Positions 8,701-17,628 are shown, counted from the stretch's first letter. The stretch is 64,000 nucleotides of DNA from Acidobacteriaceae bacterium (GCA_965276675.1 OZ255624.1:2362943-2426942); one strand, 5' to 3'. Numbers and translations are program-made. The notes: generated by a model from the letters alone, not told the origin.

Positions 8701-10081
8701 TGGTGGCAGCCCAGTAGGTGTTCGGGTTGCCGTTGTAGTAGAAGTCGGTTCCACCGACAGCGGTCACGTAGGGAGATGAAGCGTACGCGTTAACTGCTGT
8801 TCCAGTGGCGGAACCTGTGTCGCCTGGCGCGTCACAGGCAGAGGCTCCAGAATTGCCCGTGGCTGCCACAACCGTGATGCCTTGCGCGGTCGCCTGTCTC
8901 AAAACGGAGGAGATGAAAGCGTTGCTTGCACCTAGATTGGATTCACAGGCCTGATAACCGATCAGCAGCACCTGCACGGCGTTGTCATCCATGGCGCGTA
9001 GAAGTGCGAAGTTGATACCACTGTCGTAGTTGAGATTCGGGTCCGCCGAAACGGACGCTGAGACATAGTAGTTCACTGCCGCATTGGGGGCGACAGCGTT
9101 GATCAACTCGATCTGCTTATAGGCAATCACGGCATCCGCGGTCACTCCTGGATCGTTGCCGTCCACAATCACCGTGGGCGCGGTTTGCGGAAGCGCAAAG
9201 GTGTTCTGGTAGTTATTGATGGTCGCGAGATTGATGTTGGAATCGCCCACAACGCCGATCGTGACACCCTGCCCACCGGCGCCGAGCAGTGTCCCGTCGG
9301 GCTGCGCCGCGTTGGGTGCCGGAATGTCGTAGATGGTGTGCAGGTCCCCCGGGGCAACTGCAAACAGACCGCCCCCGAGCGAGCTATTCGGCGTAGCGGT
9401 GGCAAAGGGGTGAGCTCTGTGGGTGACAGAATCGAAGGAGGCTCGTATGCTCTGGGCCTCAGGTGTGTAGTTCAATTTTTGAGAAGAGCCGAATCCGGAG
9501 ACCACCGGGGCCAAGGCGGCAGGCACCTGCGCATCGCCGACGTTCGCGTAAAAGGTCTTGCCTTTGGTGCTGAACTGGTGAACCTCAGTGTGGAATGTCG
9601 AACGGAGCTGTCCTGCTGTGCCGGATATCTCGATCGCCGATTTGTTGGAGAAGACCCGGCCGACCTGGAAGCCATGGGACTGGAGATAGCCGGTCACAGC
9701 TTGTACGTCGCTGTCAGCAACGCCAAAGCGCTTGCCGAACTCTTCCGGAGAGAGCCAGTGGTGGTACTGTGCCGATTTGGGATCCTGCTGCTGCTGGATC
9801 AGGTGCTCCAGTTCGCGGTCCTGGTCCGGAGAACGCCTGAGCATCAGCATCATGTGGCTAGTGAGGGAGTCTGGAGCAGCACCCTGGTCTCTTGCCGAAC
9901 GTGACAGAGTGGGCGCAGTGCCTTTTAGCGTCACAGCCGCTGTCTCTTCTACGGCACGGAGGACCCGAGGCTGTACTTGTCCCCACAGTGCCTGTGTGCC
10001 AAGGGCGGAAGGCAGCCCGAGCAACATGGACAAGAGCGAGAAAGTTTTGAATGAAAAAGCAAACGCGCGTGACATAGGCAT
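5789..10081 (-). CDS. giant exported protein: pro-kumamolisin-type activation domain, sedolisin (S53)-like domain with substituted catalytic residues, Ig-like repeats and C-terminal hydrophobic segments
   Basis: - Signal peptide (MPMSRAFAFSFKTFSLLSMLLGLPSALG).
- Prodomain motif (YHHWLSPEEFGKRFGVADSDVQAVTGYLQSHGFQV).
- S53 blocks: SSPYVTAVGGT, EQVWND, GGGIS, RVIPDIS, NPTLYNY, YHDVTLGSN, FDAATGIGS.
- Repeated Y-[SA]-G-[DN]-x-x-[FY]-x-x-S Ig-like modules.
- Start chosen at Met11 of the ORF-track translation. Confidence 0.85.
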   Translation of the reverse strand: MPMSRAFAFSFKTFSLLSMLLGLPSALGTQALWGQVQPRVLRAVEETAAVTLKGTAPTLSRSARDQGAAPDSLTSHMMLMLRRSPDQDRELEHLIQQQQDPKSAQYHHWLSPEEFGKRFGVADSDVQAVTGYLQSHGFQVGRVFSNKSAIEISGTAGQLRSTFHTEVHQFSTKGKTFYANVGDAQVPAALAPVVSGFGSSQKLNYTPEAQSIRASFDSVTHRAHPFATATPNSSLGGGLFAVAPGDLHTIYDIPAPNAAQPDGTLLGAGGQGVTIGVVGDSNINLATINNYQNTFALPQTAPTVIVDGNDPGVTADAVIAYKQIELINAVAPNAAVNYYVSASVSADPNLNYDSGINFALLRAMDDNAVQVLLIGYQACESNLGASNAFISSVLRQATAQGITVVAATGNSGASACDAPGDTGSATGTAVNAYASSPYVTAVGGTDFYYNGNPNTYWAATNSNFASAKGYIPEQVWNDSNPGGSQANLNPSNPAFLAGGGGISTLGSSTYPNGLDGAPVIGPYPMPAYQLGVASGSLPTSSGSTTTTSRVIPDISFFAGSGPGFTEGANNTAYLFCIADSDCAGGTTPAFTLSGGTEASSAVFAGAMALVLEYNFKSANYRLGNANPTLYNYASTFSPGTITNGQASTVYYHDVTLGSNTMPCSSNCPVGGFAAGPNFDAATGIGSLDISNLITHWIAPNTTGSSIIFTMTNASTGKPLTTIQHSKPVAFSATVQSTTQLRTTPTGDIGFYSTNPLPAQSGIEALSLPTGTLPTGSNTVTEPGNYYLPGGTYQIYARYSGDQKYAASISAPQTLIVTPESSKLDVIAGMHNVYYSGDNTGAKTVPFGSPVVITVGPFSLTGGYYAVGVPTGSISVADNGATIATLPINSEGTATFNSNHLSLNTGTATHSLVFTYSGDASFQASSTKPFVFSVAQAPTTTTIYSSDGTNHASFGNPPNTFTVVVAGQAVTSNGTLLLENGAAPTGTVTLTGQYRRNNGAVATESATVALTSTYDAQGNSIAVGTVQPQQSGLPETYTAIYAGNSNFASSTSNTVTIGNLDNDGTGTTSIRFTNLPFSIGITQNLSVGISVTYQNGFGATLNAAQGSLTLFANGVSLGSQNVTGQTVNFPISKTNGYLNLPSGSVTFTANYSTQKSDPQFGDPSCFLFVFCPLNASDKSITTTLNVIDDRTSADFSLQSDVAVNAGYKSTQMPLSPTNGSAIYNLQLTSIYNFSGTTPVALTCSVLNQPGLQCSLGAGSLTLGSAGITGTTLTVSAAPGFTIAQGGTQTLPASRWWIAGGSTALACIFLCGLPGRRRHWQSILGAFIAVCVSLGATGCSMNMAKGFSTQAAAGVGPTGGTGNATGTAGGTTGGIGTTGTSGGNSINGSNGATPAAATKVLAGNYTVIVTATATPTGGVKIIHNLPLQVIVQ

Positions 10082-10602
10082 CCTGTAACGAACCGGCCGC
10101 CTGGAGGGCACGGCCTTCCCGTGTGTGTGCTGGCAATCAATTCAATGAACGAGCAGGAATTCATCCTGACCGTTGCAAAGGGGGAGAGCTGCGTGGTCAG
10201 TATGTCAGCGGGAGGAAGCGTTGCCTGTGCCACGAAAGTGCCAGCAGCCTGCGACAAACGTCGGAGTGTCGCGACGCGGATATGCAGCCAGAGAAGAGCG
10301 CAAACGACCTGAGTAACGTCCATCCGCTCGCCGGAGTAGCGACTCAGTCACTGAGCTATTTGGAGTTGGTGCCGGCAGTAGCTAGGGTGATCACGCGTTC
10401 GCGAGGAACTGCTGCATGCGCATGCAGGGGAGGCGAAGCTGCATTGGAATGAGTAAATGAATGCGTGCAGAATTTGTATTAAAGTTCCAGCCAAATTAGC
10501 CGATATAGGAATTTAGCATAAGTGCCAGATTGGGGAGTCTGGCGTTGTGTGCAGGTCTTACGGAATACGGCGGCGGCGATCAGCTGTAATCAGCGGAAGG
10601 AG

Positions 10603-11526
10603 TTAGAGCGCGATCCAGCCAGCACGAATGGCCAGGAGCGATGCAACGAGGATGATCATCCACAGAATGACGCCCTGAAACATGGGTCGCGGGCCGACCT
10701 GCTTCAACGTTTTCTTGGAAAGACTGGAACCGATCAGAAAGAGGGTGACCGTAAGGCCCAGGCGGCCAAGACGGCTGAGCTCGGGGTAGATGGGCGATAG
10801 CAGATGGAAATAGGTTTTCGCGACGGCGGCTAAGCAGAAGAAGAGGATGAACCAGGGCCATTGAATCTTGGTCTTGCTTTTCGCGAAGTACGCGGTCAGG
10901 AGGGCGAGTGGCACAATCCAGAGGGCTCGCGCGAGCTTGACCGTGGTGCCTACGGCGAGCGCCTGCGGTCCGTACTTGGCTGCCGCGCCTACTACGGAGC
11001 TAGTGTCATGAATGGCGAGGGCAGCCCACAGACCGAACTGTGTCTGTGACATGTGCAACGCAAGGCCGATTAGCGGGAAGAGGAGCAGCGCTACGGAGTT
11101 CAGGACGAAGACCGTGCCCAGGGAGATGGCAATCTCTTCATCGTTCGCTTTGGTGATGGGGGCGATCGCGGCGATGGCGCTGCCGCCGCAGATGGCCGTG
11201 CCGGCGGTGATGAGAAACGCTGCTTTGTCGCCCACCCGGAAGACCTTACCCAGCAGGGTACCGAGGACCAGGGCGGTCGTGATGCTGATCGCGGTGTAGA
11301 TAAAACCGCTGCGGCCGGCATGCACCACCTCGCTCAGGTTCATGCCAAAGCCAAGAGCCACCACGGATGCCTGTAGCAGAAAACGCGAGAGGGAACGGCT
11401 GTCGGCGGCATATGGGTGAACAAAGCTGAAGCCATAAGCCAGCCCGCAGAGCAGCGCGACGGGCGGCGAGAGTAATCCGGATGCGGCGAGAATAATGCCG
11501 ACAAAGAAAATCGTCTTGGTATTCAT
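10603..11526 (-). CDS. YeiH/UPF0324-family membrane protein (putative sulfate exporter family)
   Basis: Polytopic protein with the typical family pattern (GLSFVHPY..., AIAPITKANDEEIAISLGTVFVLN, AIHDTSSVVGAA). Start moved to MNTKTIFFVG (11526), because the 52 upstream codons are non-hydrophobic and overlap the divergent LysR remnant. Confidence 0.85.
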   Translation of the reverse strand: MNTKTIFFVGIILAASGLLSPPVALLCGLAYGFSFVHPYAADSRSLSRFLLQASVVALGFGMNLSEVVHAGRSGFIYTAISITTALVLGTLLGKVFRVGDKAAFLITAGTAICGGSAIAAIAPITKANDEEIAISLGTVFVLNSVALLLFPLIGLALHMSQTQFGLWAALAIHDTSSVVGAAAKYGPQALAVGTTVKLARALWIVPLALLTAYFAKSKTKIQWPWFILFFCLAAVAKTYFHLLSPIYPELSRLGRLGLTVTLFLIGSSLSKKTLKQVGPRPMFQGVILWMIILVASLLAIRAGWIAL

Positions 11527-11628
11527 CTCTATTGAGTGTGGGCTATAGACGAGCGCTTGTCTAAATAGGAACCGTGATGACCCGTTCCCGTGGCTGATGG
11601 CTCGAATCAAATAGCGGCGAGGTGGTAG

Positions 11629-11890
11629 CTTCGGGAGACGGAGAACTTCCGGCTGAAGGTCTTCCGCGCGGTGGCGAAGCACTTTAACTTCAGGCGAGCG
11701 GCAGAGGAGTTACTGCTCACGCAACCGGCGGTGACGCAACAGATCAAGGCTCTGGAAGAGGACTGGTGGCCGGTTCGCTTTGACGGCGGAAGCAACGCTT
11801 CTGCTCGACTGTGCGGAGGGCTATGGCGGCAAGTTGTGCGCGCTCATTCACGAGCGGCACGGAAGTTCCATCCTCTTCCGCCATTCGTAA
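11629..11890 (+). pseudogene. LysR-family regulator remnant (HTH only, frameshifted, no effector-binding domain)
   Basis: - ENFRLKVFRAVAKHFNFRRAAEELLLTQPAVTQQIKALEE is a canonical LysR wHTH.
- No ATG or GTG lies between the in-frame TAG (11626-11628) and the HTH.
- After ...VRFDGG the similarity continues in another frame (TAEATLLLDCAEGY) and stops at TAA 11888-11890.
- The roughly 200-aa C-terminal domain is absent. Confidence 0.6.
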
Positions 11891-12146
11891 ACTACGCTGC
11901 AGTCATTGAAGCCCGAGCCCAAGAACATGATGCTCTCCTTTTAAGGTTACAACCTCTCGATAGCCTTGACAGACTCCAACGAACTGCTCTACAGTCAATC
12001 GTTATTTTTATTAACCCTGATTTAACTTTAAATATTTAACACAGCTGTTTCCATCAGGCTTGGAGAGGGATGCTCAAACGAGCTTGCCCCACTCATCCTT
12101 GTGACGAAGAATCAACCATCACGAGAGTTGTCGCGGAGGGAATCGT

Positions 12147-12764
12147 ATGCTGAAAAAGTCTGTTGTGCTGCTATTCATGGGCATGTCTTCAGTGGCTTTG
12201 TATGGCCAATGGCCCCCGGTTCATGCCTACAAGACTGTCAGCGACATTGTTACCAAGGAGGATGGGAAGGTCTTCAAAAGCCTAAGCATCAGCGACTACT
12301 ATCGGTCCCAAAGCGGCTCGGAGCTTACAGTCACGGCCCCAACCTCTGCGAATGAAGTCATCACCGCCAAGACTGGCGAGCTATATGACAGTGACAGTCG
12401 TTCGGTGTATGGGCTCGATTACAGTAAGCGGACAGCAGAACGGCTCCACACACTTCCATCCGCCAAACAATTTAGTACCCACACTAGTATTGAAGAGAAG
12501 AATGTCCTTGGACACGAGACCATCGCGGGAATCGAATGTGTCATGCTGCCCATGACGATGTACGGGCGCCAAATGGGAACGGTCTGGCTCGACGCCAAAG
12601 ATGACCTCATCGTGAAGATGGTATCGACCATACAATTCGTAGGGGACAAAGCCAAGACTTACCGGGTGGTGGAACTTTCCAATGTCGACCTCAACTACAA
12701 ACCCGACCCGTTGTTGTTTCACATTCCGTCTAACTTTTCCCAACTGCCAGGAACGGGACAGTGA
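12147..12764 (+). CDS. exported hypothetical protein in a lower-GC cassette
   Basis: N-terminal signal peptide (MLKKSVVLLFMGMSSVALYGQ). A purine-rich GGAGGGAA lies 7 nt upstream of the ATG. The segment is visibly more AT-rich than its flanks. I recognise no family. Confidence 0.55.
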   Translation: MLKKSVVLLFMGMSSVALYGQWPPVHAYKTVSDIVTKEDGKVFKSLSISDYYRSQSGSELTVTAPTSANEVITAKTGELYDSDSRSVYGLDYSKRTAERLHTLPSAKQFSTHTSIEEKNVLGHETIAGIECVMLPMTMYGRQMGTVWLDAKDDLIVKMVSTIQFVGDKAKTYRVVELSNVDLNYKPDPLLFHIPSNFSQLPGTGQ

Positions 12765-12843
12765 TGGAGAACGCGCCATCGCGGCACGTGTCTGACTGGA
12801 GCGAGTTGGGCAGCGGCGTCGTGCAGTGTGCTTGGGCACTCAT

Positions 12844-13203
12844 TCAGTAGAGCGATTTCATCACCTGGCCGGACCATGCCCTCGATGAGCACGGCCGTGT
12901 AGACTCCGGCTTTGCCATCATGCGCGCGGGAGTGAGCCCGGGTGGAAGTGCCTCCGCCTGCTCCAGATTGGGTGGCTTGGTCATCTGCTTGGAGTTCCGA
13001 TAGGCAGGGCAGTAAAGAAGCATTCTTTCCTGCTCACGACCGGTGAGAAAGGGAAATCCTTCACGCGCTGCCGCACTATGAAAGGCGTAAAGGCGATCGC
13101 CATAGACGCCAGAGAAACCGACAAAGGCCGCCGGCAACTCTTCGCCGCGCATGCTTTTAACCGGATAGCGCCAGAGGCTCTCGACTCGTCCAACGATTGT
13201 CAT
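12844..13203 (-). pseudogene. MOSC-domain gene remnant (N-terminal beta-barrel part, internal deletion and frameshift)
   Basis: MTIVGRVESLWRYPVKSMRGEEL...GVYGDRLYAF matches the MOSC N-terminal barrel. The typical MOSC C-terminal end GKAGVYTAVLIEGMVRPGDEIALL is encoded at 12845-12916 in a different frame. The central catalytic part is missing. Confidence 0.55.
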
Positions 13204-13401
13204 GTGTTGCTCCTCGCCGGCTATTTCAACCGCGCGTTCCACGGCCTCTAAAATCTTTCATCCGCCGCTTGGTCTCCTCGAGCTGGCCTAAATTGGTCCA
13301 ATATATCGCAGCTCCGAAGTAATGCGGTTCATCCATTCTGCCGGCTGGAGCGTTCTCATTGTGCGCCACTTAAAAATCGCGCACTCAATAAGGAGAACAT
13401 T

Positions 13402-13995
13402 TTGAAAGCTACAACACAGATGAGAGATGCGGGGCTTTATGTAGACTCCCACGTCGCATCGTGGATGGCTCGAAACAGTGTGCTCCTGACGCGTATCGCT
13501 CTCGGCGTCGTCTTCTTTTGGTTTGGCATCTTGAAGTTCTTTCCCGGGCAAAGTGATGCCGAGCAATTGGCAGCGCAGACCATCTTCAAATTGACCGCTG
13601 GGCACATAACGGCTTCTTTTTCTCTACCCATTCTAGCGACCTGGGAGTGCCTGATTGGCCTTGGACTACTCTCGGGTTATTTCCTGCGCGGAACGCTTCT
13701 GCTGCTGTTTTTACAGCTGCCCGGCACGTTTATGCCGCTTTTCTTGTTTCCCGCTGAGACATGGAAGCATGTTCCCTACGCACCGACGCTACTCGGGCAA
13801 TACATTATCAAGAATCTGGTGCTTGTCTGCGCTGGTCTACTCGTGGGAGGAACAATGCGCGGTGGAAGAGTGATTGCCGATCCACAGGCCGCAAATGGCG
13901 CCCATCGGGTGCAACATATCTCCGAAAGATTCCGCCGGAGGTTTGGGTTAGAGCCGAGACCCGCTTATAAGTCTCTGGCCCGCACACGCATTTAG
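13402..13995 (+). CDS. DoxX-like / DUF417-like membrane protein
   Basis: TTG start 6 nt after AAGGAG (13390-13395). Four hydrophobic segments are present, and LTRIALGVVFFWFGILKFFPG is typical of DoxX/YkgB-like proteins. Confidence 0.6.
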   Translation: MKATTQMRDAGLYVDSHVASWMARNSVLLTRIALGVVFFWFGILKFFPGQSDAEQLAAQTIFKLTAGHITASFSLPILATWECLIGLGLLSGYFLRGTLLLLFLQLPGTFMPLFLFPAETWKHVPYAPTLLGQYIIKNLVLVCAGLLVGGTMRGGRVIADPQAANGAHRVQHISERFRRRFGLEPRPAYKSLARTRI

Positions 13996-14183
13996 AAAAC
14001 TCCACTAAGTCTGCGCAGCGTGAATTGCAGCCCTCAGAGGCTAAAGCCTGGTTCTGCCGCCAGCATTTACGGATGGGCTGGAAGCCCGTCCCCTCCAAAG
14101 GCCGCACTCAATCAGAATTTCTTATCACGATTAATAGAAACAATTTCAGCGGTGGAGCTTAGCGCAGTTATGCAAATCGCGCG

Positions 14184-15494
14184 TCAGGCCTGAGCGACTG
14201 CCTCGGCTGCCTCTCGTTTGCTGCCGAAGATATTGCCCATCCGCCGGATCTCTGCGCCTACGCCGCGCAGCTTCTCTTCGATGCGTTCGTAGCCGCGATC
14301 GATGTGATAGACGCGGTCGATAATCGTCTCGCCCTCGGCGACCATGGCGGCCAGAACCAGCGAGGCAGAGGCGCGCAGGTCCGAACACATCACGGCAGCA
14401 GAGGAGAGTGGGGTTTTGCCGCGCACTGTTGCGACTCGGCCTTCAACCTTGATGTTCGCGCCCATCCGGACCAGTTCCTGTACATGCATGAATCGATTCT
14501 CGAAGATGTTTTCCTTGACGACGGTGGTGCCCTCCGCCTGGGTGGCGAGCGCCATGTACTGCGCTTGCATGTCGGTGGGGAAGCCCGGGTACTCTTCGGT
14601 GGCGATGTCGTTGGCCTTGAGCTGACCCTCGCTGCGCACGCGAATGCCGTCTCCTTGCACGTCGATGCGCACGCCGCAGGCCTGCAGCTTGGTAATGACG
14701 GAACCAAGGTGGGTGGGGTTGCAGCTGGTGACCATCAGGTCGCCGCCGGTGATTGCGCCGGCGACCAAAAAGGTGCCAGCTTCAATGCGGTCGGGGTTGA
14801 TGCGATGGCGCGTGCCATGAAGCTTGTCGACGCCGTGAACGCGGATGATTCCGGTCCCGGCGCCTTGGATCTGCGCGCCCATGGAGACCAGCATGGCGGC
14901 AAGGTCGGTGACCTCCGGCTCGCGGGCGCAGTTCTCTAGCACCGTGTCGCCTTCAGCGAGGACAGCGGCCATCAGCAGGTCTTCGGTTCCGGTCACGGTG
15001 ATCTTGTCGAAGACGATGTGCGCGCCCTTCAGCCGCCCGGTGCGCGCCTCGAGATAACCATGCTCCTGTGTGATCACCGCGCCCATAGCCTCCAGGCCTT
15101 TGATGTGGAGATCGATGGGGCGGCCACCGATGGCGCAGCCGCCGGGCATGGCGACGCGCGCCAGGCCGGTGCGGGCGATGAGAGGCCCAAGCACCAGCGA
15201 CGACGCGCGCATGGTCTTGACGATCTCGTATTTGGCCACGGGATCGGAGAGCAGGCGGCAGGAGATGGCGGTGCGGTGCTGGGCCCGTCCGTAGCCGAGC
15301 TCGACCTCGGCGCCCATGGAGACCAGCAGCTTGCGCTCGGTCTCGATATCGCGGACTTGCGGGATGTTCTCGAGGATGACCTCGTCTTCCGTGAGAATGG
15401 CCGCGGCCATGCACGGCAGAGCGGAGTTCTTCGCGCCGGAGACGCGGATAGAACCGAGAAGGGGATTGCCGCCACGAATGACAAATTTTTCCAT
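14184..15494 (-). CDS. murA: UDP-N-acetylglucosamine 1-carboxyvinyltransferase
   Basis: [27 protein letters not shown]..., the reactive-Cys loop [15 protein letters not shown], and the C-terminal [19 protein letters not shown]. Start set at MEKF (15494); the longer ORF-track N-terminus has no homology. Confidence 0.95.
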   Translation of the reverse strand: MEKFVIRGGNPLLGSIRVSGAKNSALPCMAAAILTEDEVILENIPQVRDIETERKLLVSMGAEVELGYGRAQHRTAISCRLLSDPVAKYEIVKTMRASSLVLGPLIARTGLARVAMPGGCAIGGRPIDLHIKGLEAMGAVITQEHGYLEARTGRLKGAHIVFDKITVTGTEDLLMAAVLAEGDTVLENCAREPEVTDLAAMLVSMGAQIQGAGTGIIRVHGVDKLHGTRHRINPDRIEAGTFLVAGAITGGDLMVTSCNPTHLGSVITKLQACGVRIDVQGDGIRVRSEGQLKANDIATEEYPGFPTDMQAQYMALATQAEGTTVVKENIFENRFMHVQELVRMGANIKVEGRVATVRGKTPLSSAAVMCSDLRASASLVLAAMVAEGETIIDRVYHIDRGYERIEEKLRGVGAEIRRMGNIFGSKREAAEAVAQA

Positions 15495-15685
15495 GATGAG
15501 GGGAGTCGCTCCTGCTAGAAGTTCAGTGTATTCGATCATGCATTGAAGGATTGGCGCAGAATAGTGCGAAATGTGGCGGGTATACGAGTGAGCAGAGGGA
15601 CGTTGGAGAACGAGCGTAGGCAGAGAATGAGCGGTGGGTGTGAGACTGGACGGAGACCGTCGCGGCAAATGGGCTGGAGTTTGAG

Positions 15686-16528
15686 GTGCTGATGTGCGGA
15701 GTTGGGGAGACGCTCTGCCTGCTGCTGCATGGTTTTCCGGAGCACGCACTGTCGTGGCGTGAACAGATGCCGGTGCTGGCTAGCCTGGGATACCGGGTGT
15801 GGGCTCCGAACCAGCGCGGGTATGGCCGGTCGAGCCGGCCGGAGCGCGTCGCCGACTACGATATTAAGCATCTGATACGCGATGTTGCCGGGTTGATCGA
15901 TGCTGCACAGGCGTCGGGAGCGAAAGGCACGGTGCTGATTGGGCACGACTGGGGAGCTGTGGTGGCGTGGTGCTTTGCTACGCGCCGGCTGCGGCCTCTG
16001 AAAGCACTGATCATTCTGAATGTCCCGCATCCGGTCTGCTACCTGAGGAGTCTGCGGCGGTGGGGGCAGCTCCGCAAGTCCTGGTATGCACTGTTCTTCC
16101 AGCTGCCCTGGCTGCCGGAGTGGCTAGGCAGTCGCCGGGGCGGTGAGCCGATTGCCGAGATGATGCTGCGCTCGTCCACCGCGCCACAGAGCTTTCCGCG
16201 TGACCTGCTCGAGGTCGTCCGTAGACAGGCAGCCGACATGCGGGGGTTGCAGGCGATGATCGACTGGTATCGTGCGGCTTTCCGGGGCGGCATGCGGCGG
16301 CAGCTGCGGCTGGGCTTTCCACGGATCGAGACGCGCACACTAATGATCTGGGGCGAGGAGGACGTAGCGCTGGAGAAGTTCACAACCTTTGGCACCAGCC
16401 AGTTTGTCAGAGACCTGCAGATTCGCTATTTGCCGGGGGTTTCGCACTGGGTGCAGCAGGATGCGACTGGAGAGGTAAATGTGGCGCTAAAGACTTTCCT
16501 CAGACTGCCTGAGAGTGAGTGGAATTGA
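15686..16528 (+). CDS. alpha/beta hydrolase (epoxide hydrolase-like)
   Basis: [39 protein letters not shown] and the nucleophile elbow [10 protein letters not shown]. The conserved N-terminal NGLEFE lies upstream of the first possible start (GTG 15686), so the start or frame is uncertain. Confidence 0.8.
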   Translation: MLMCGVGETLCLLLHGFPEHALSWREQMPVLASLGYRVWAPNQRGYGRSSRPERVADYDIKHLIRDVAGLIDAAQASGAKGTVLIGHDWGAVVAWCFATRRLRPLKALIILNVPHPVCYLRSLRRWGQLRKSWYALFFQLPWLPEWLGSRRGGEPIAEMMLRSSTAPQSFPRDLLEVVRRQAADMRGLQAMIDWYRAAFRGGMRRQLRLGFPRIETRTLMIWGEEDVALEKFTTFGTSQFVRDLQIRYLPGVSHWVQQDATGEVNVALKTFLRLPESEWN

Positions 16529-16553
16529 GGTACGGATGCGCCTTCGGAGCATA

Positions 16554-16620
16554 AACCCACCTTTGCATACTAGGTTTAATGAAGGACGGGCTTGGGTTGG
16601 AGCGCAAAGGATGGGGCGTC
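16554..16620. repeat. REP-like intergenic palindromic element, copy B
   Basis: The left arm CCCACCTTTGC (16556-16566) pairs with GCAAAGGATGGG (16604-16615). It shares TAA(A)CCCACC(C)TTTGC ... CGCAAAGGATGGGGC with copy A and also lies between convergent genes. Confidence 0.45.
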
Positions 16621-16638
16621 CCACGGGTTGCCTTGAAA

Positions 16639-17628
16639 TCAGAGTTCGAGGACGGTGTCTTCGACGGCGAGGCGCACATTGCCATCGGATTTTGCCAAGC
16701 GGCGGACGGCCTCTGGTTTGTCGACTCCGGCTTTGAGCATGACTAGCGCAACGGGTACGCTGCGGCCGGCGGACTTGATGGTGCGCACAGCGGTCTCTCG
16801 ATCAATCCCGCAGGCGCGCATCAGGATGTTGATGCCGCGTTCGACCAGCTTCTCGTTCTGCATGTGCACGTTGACCATGAGGTTTTCGTACACATAGCCC
16901 AGGCGCGTCATGGCGCCGGTGGTGATCATGTTCAGGACCATCTTCTGCGCGGTGGCGGCCTTCATGCGCGTCGACCCCGAGACGACCTCCGGGCCAACCT
17001 CGGCCACGATGGCGATCTCTGCGGCTTGCGCAAGAGCGCTATTCTGATTGCAGGTGACAGCCGCCGTGGTGGCTCCGCGGCTGCGGGCGTATTCAACTGC
17101 CCCAACAACATAGGGGGTGCGACCGCTGGCGGAGAGGCCGATCACGATGTCTTTGCGCGTGGGACGACGGCGGGCGATATCGCGCTGACCGAGCTCGGGG
17201 GAGTCTTCGTTGACCTCCACCGCGGAGGCGACGGCCTTGGGACCGCCGGCGACGATGTACTGCACCGACTGGGGCGAGGTGGAGTAGGCGGGTGGGCATT
17301 CGGAGGCGTCCAGAGCGGCGATCCTGCCACTCGATCCCGCGCCGACATAGATCAGGCGACCGCCGTCACGGAGGCTGCGCGCTACGGCGTCAATAACTAG
17401 GGCGATCTCCGGGAGCGCCTTTTTCACAGCGTTGGCGATTTTGCCATCTTCGTGATTGATGATCCGGGCGATATCCAGAGCGGATTTGGTATCGAAGCCA
17501 CGCGAAGCTTCATTGGAGCTTTCGGTGATAAGCGCATGAAGATCGGAGGATGAGTCGGATACCTGGTGTGCATCTTCAGCGAGTTCGGAGCGGGAAGGGG
17601 TAATGGTAGCCATAGTTGCGTTGTTCAC
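16639..17628 (-). CDS. murQ: N-acetylmuramic acid 6-phosphate etherase
   Basis: SIS-domain protein with TESSNEASRGFD, GGRLIYVGAGSSGRIAALDASECPPAY, GLSASGRTPYV and the C-terminal pattern ERGINILM...ALVMLKAG. Confidence 0.9.
   Translation of the reverse strand: MNNATMATITPSRSELAEDAHQVSDSSSDLHALITESSNEASRGFDTKSALDIARIINHEDGKIANAVKKALPEIALVIDAVARSLRDGGRLIYVGAGSSGRIAALDASECPPAYSTSPQSVQYIVAGGPKAVASAVEVNEDSPELGQRDIARRRPTRKDIVIGLSASGRTPYVVGAVEYARSRGATTAAVTCNQNSALAQAAEIAIVAEVGPEVVSGSTRMKAATAQKMVLNMITTGAMTRLGYVYENLMVNVHMQNEKLVERGINILMRACGIDRETAVRTIKSAGRSVPVALVMLKAGVDKPEAVRRLAKSDGNVRLAVEDTVLEL

Noticed and set aside
14028-14105. Third candidate copy of the REP-like element between the DoxX-like gene and murA (contains GGATGGGC and CCCCTCCAAAGG)
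   Set aside because: The arms do not align with the CCCACCCTTTGC / GCAAAGGATGGGGC arms of the other two copies, and the stems are only short (5 bp). It is probably an unrelated spacer.
15495-15749. 85-codon N-terminal extension of murA in the ORF track (also 52 extra codons on the YeiH-family gene, 11527-11682)
   Set aside because: The extensions have no similarity to the families. They are Pro/Ser/Arg-rich and overlap divergent genes. Canonical N-termini begin at the internal Met codons.
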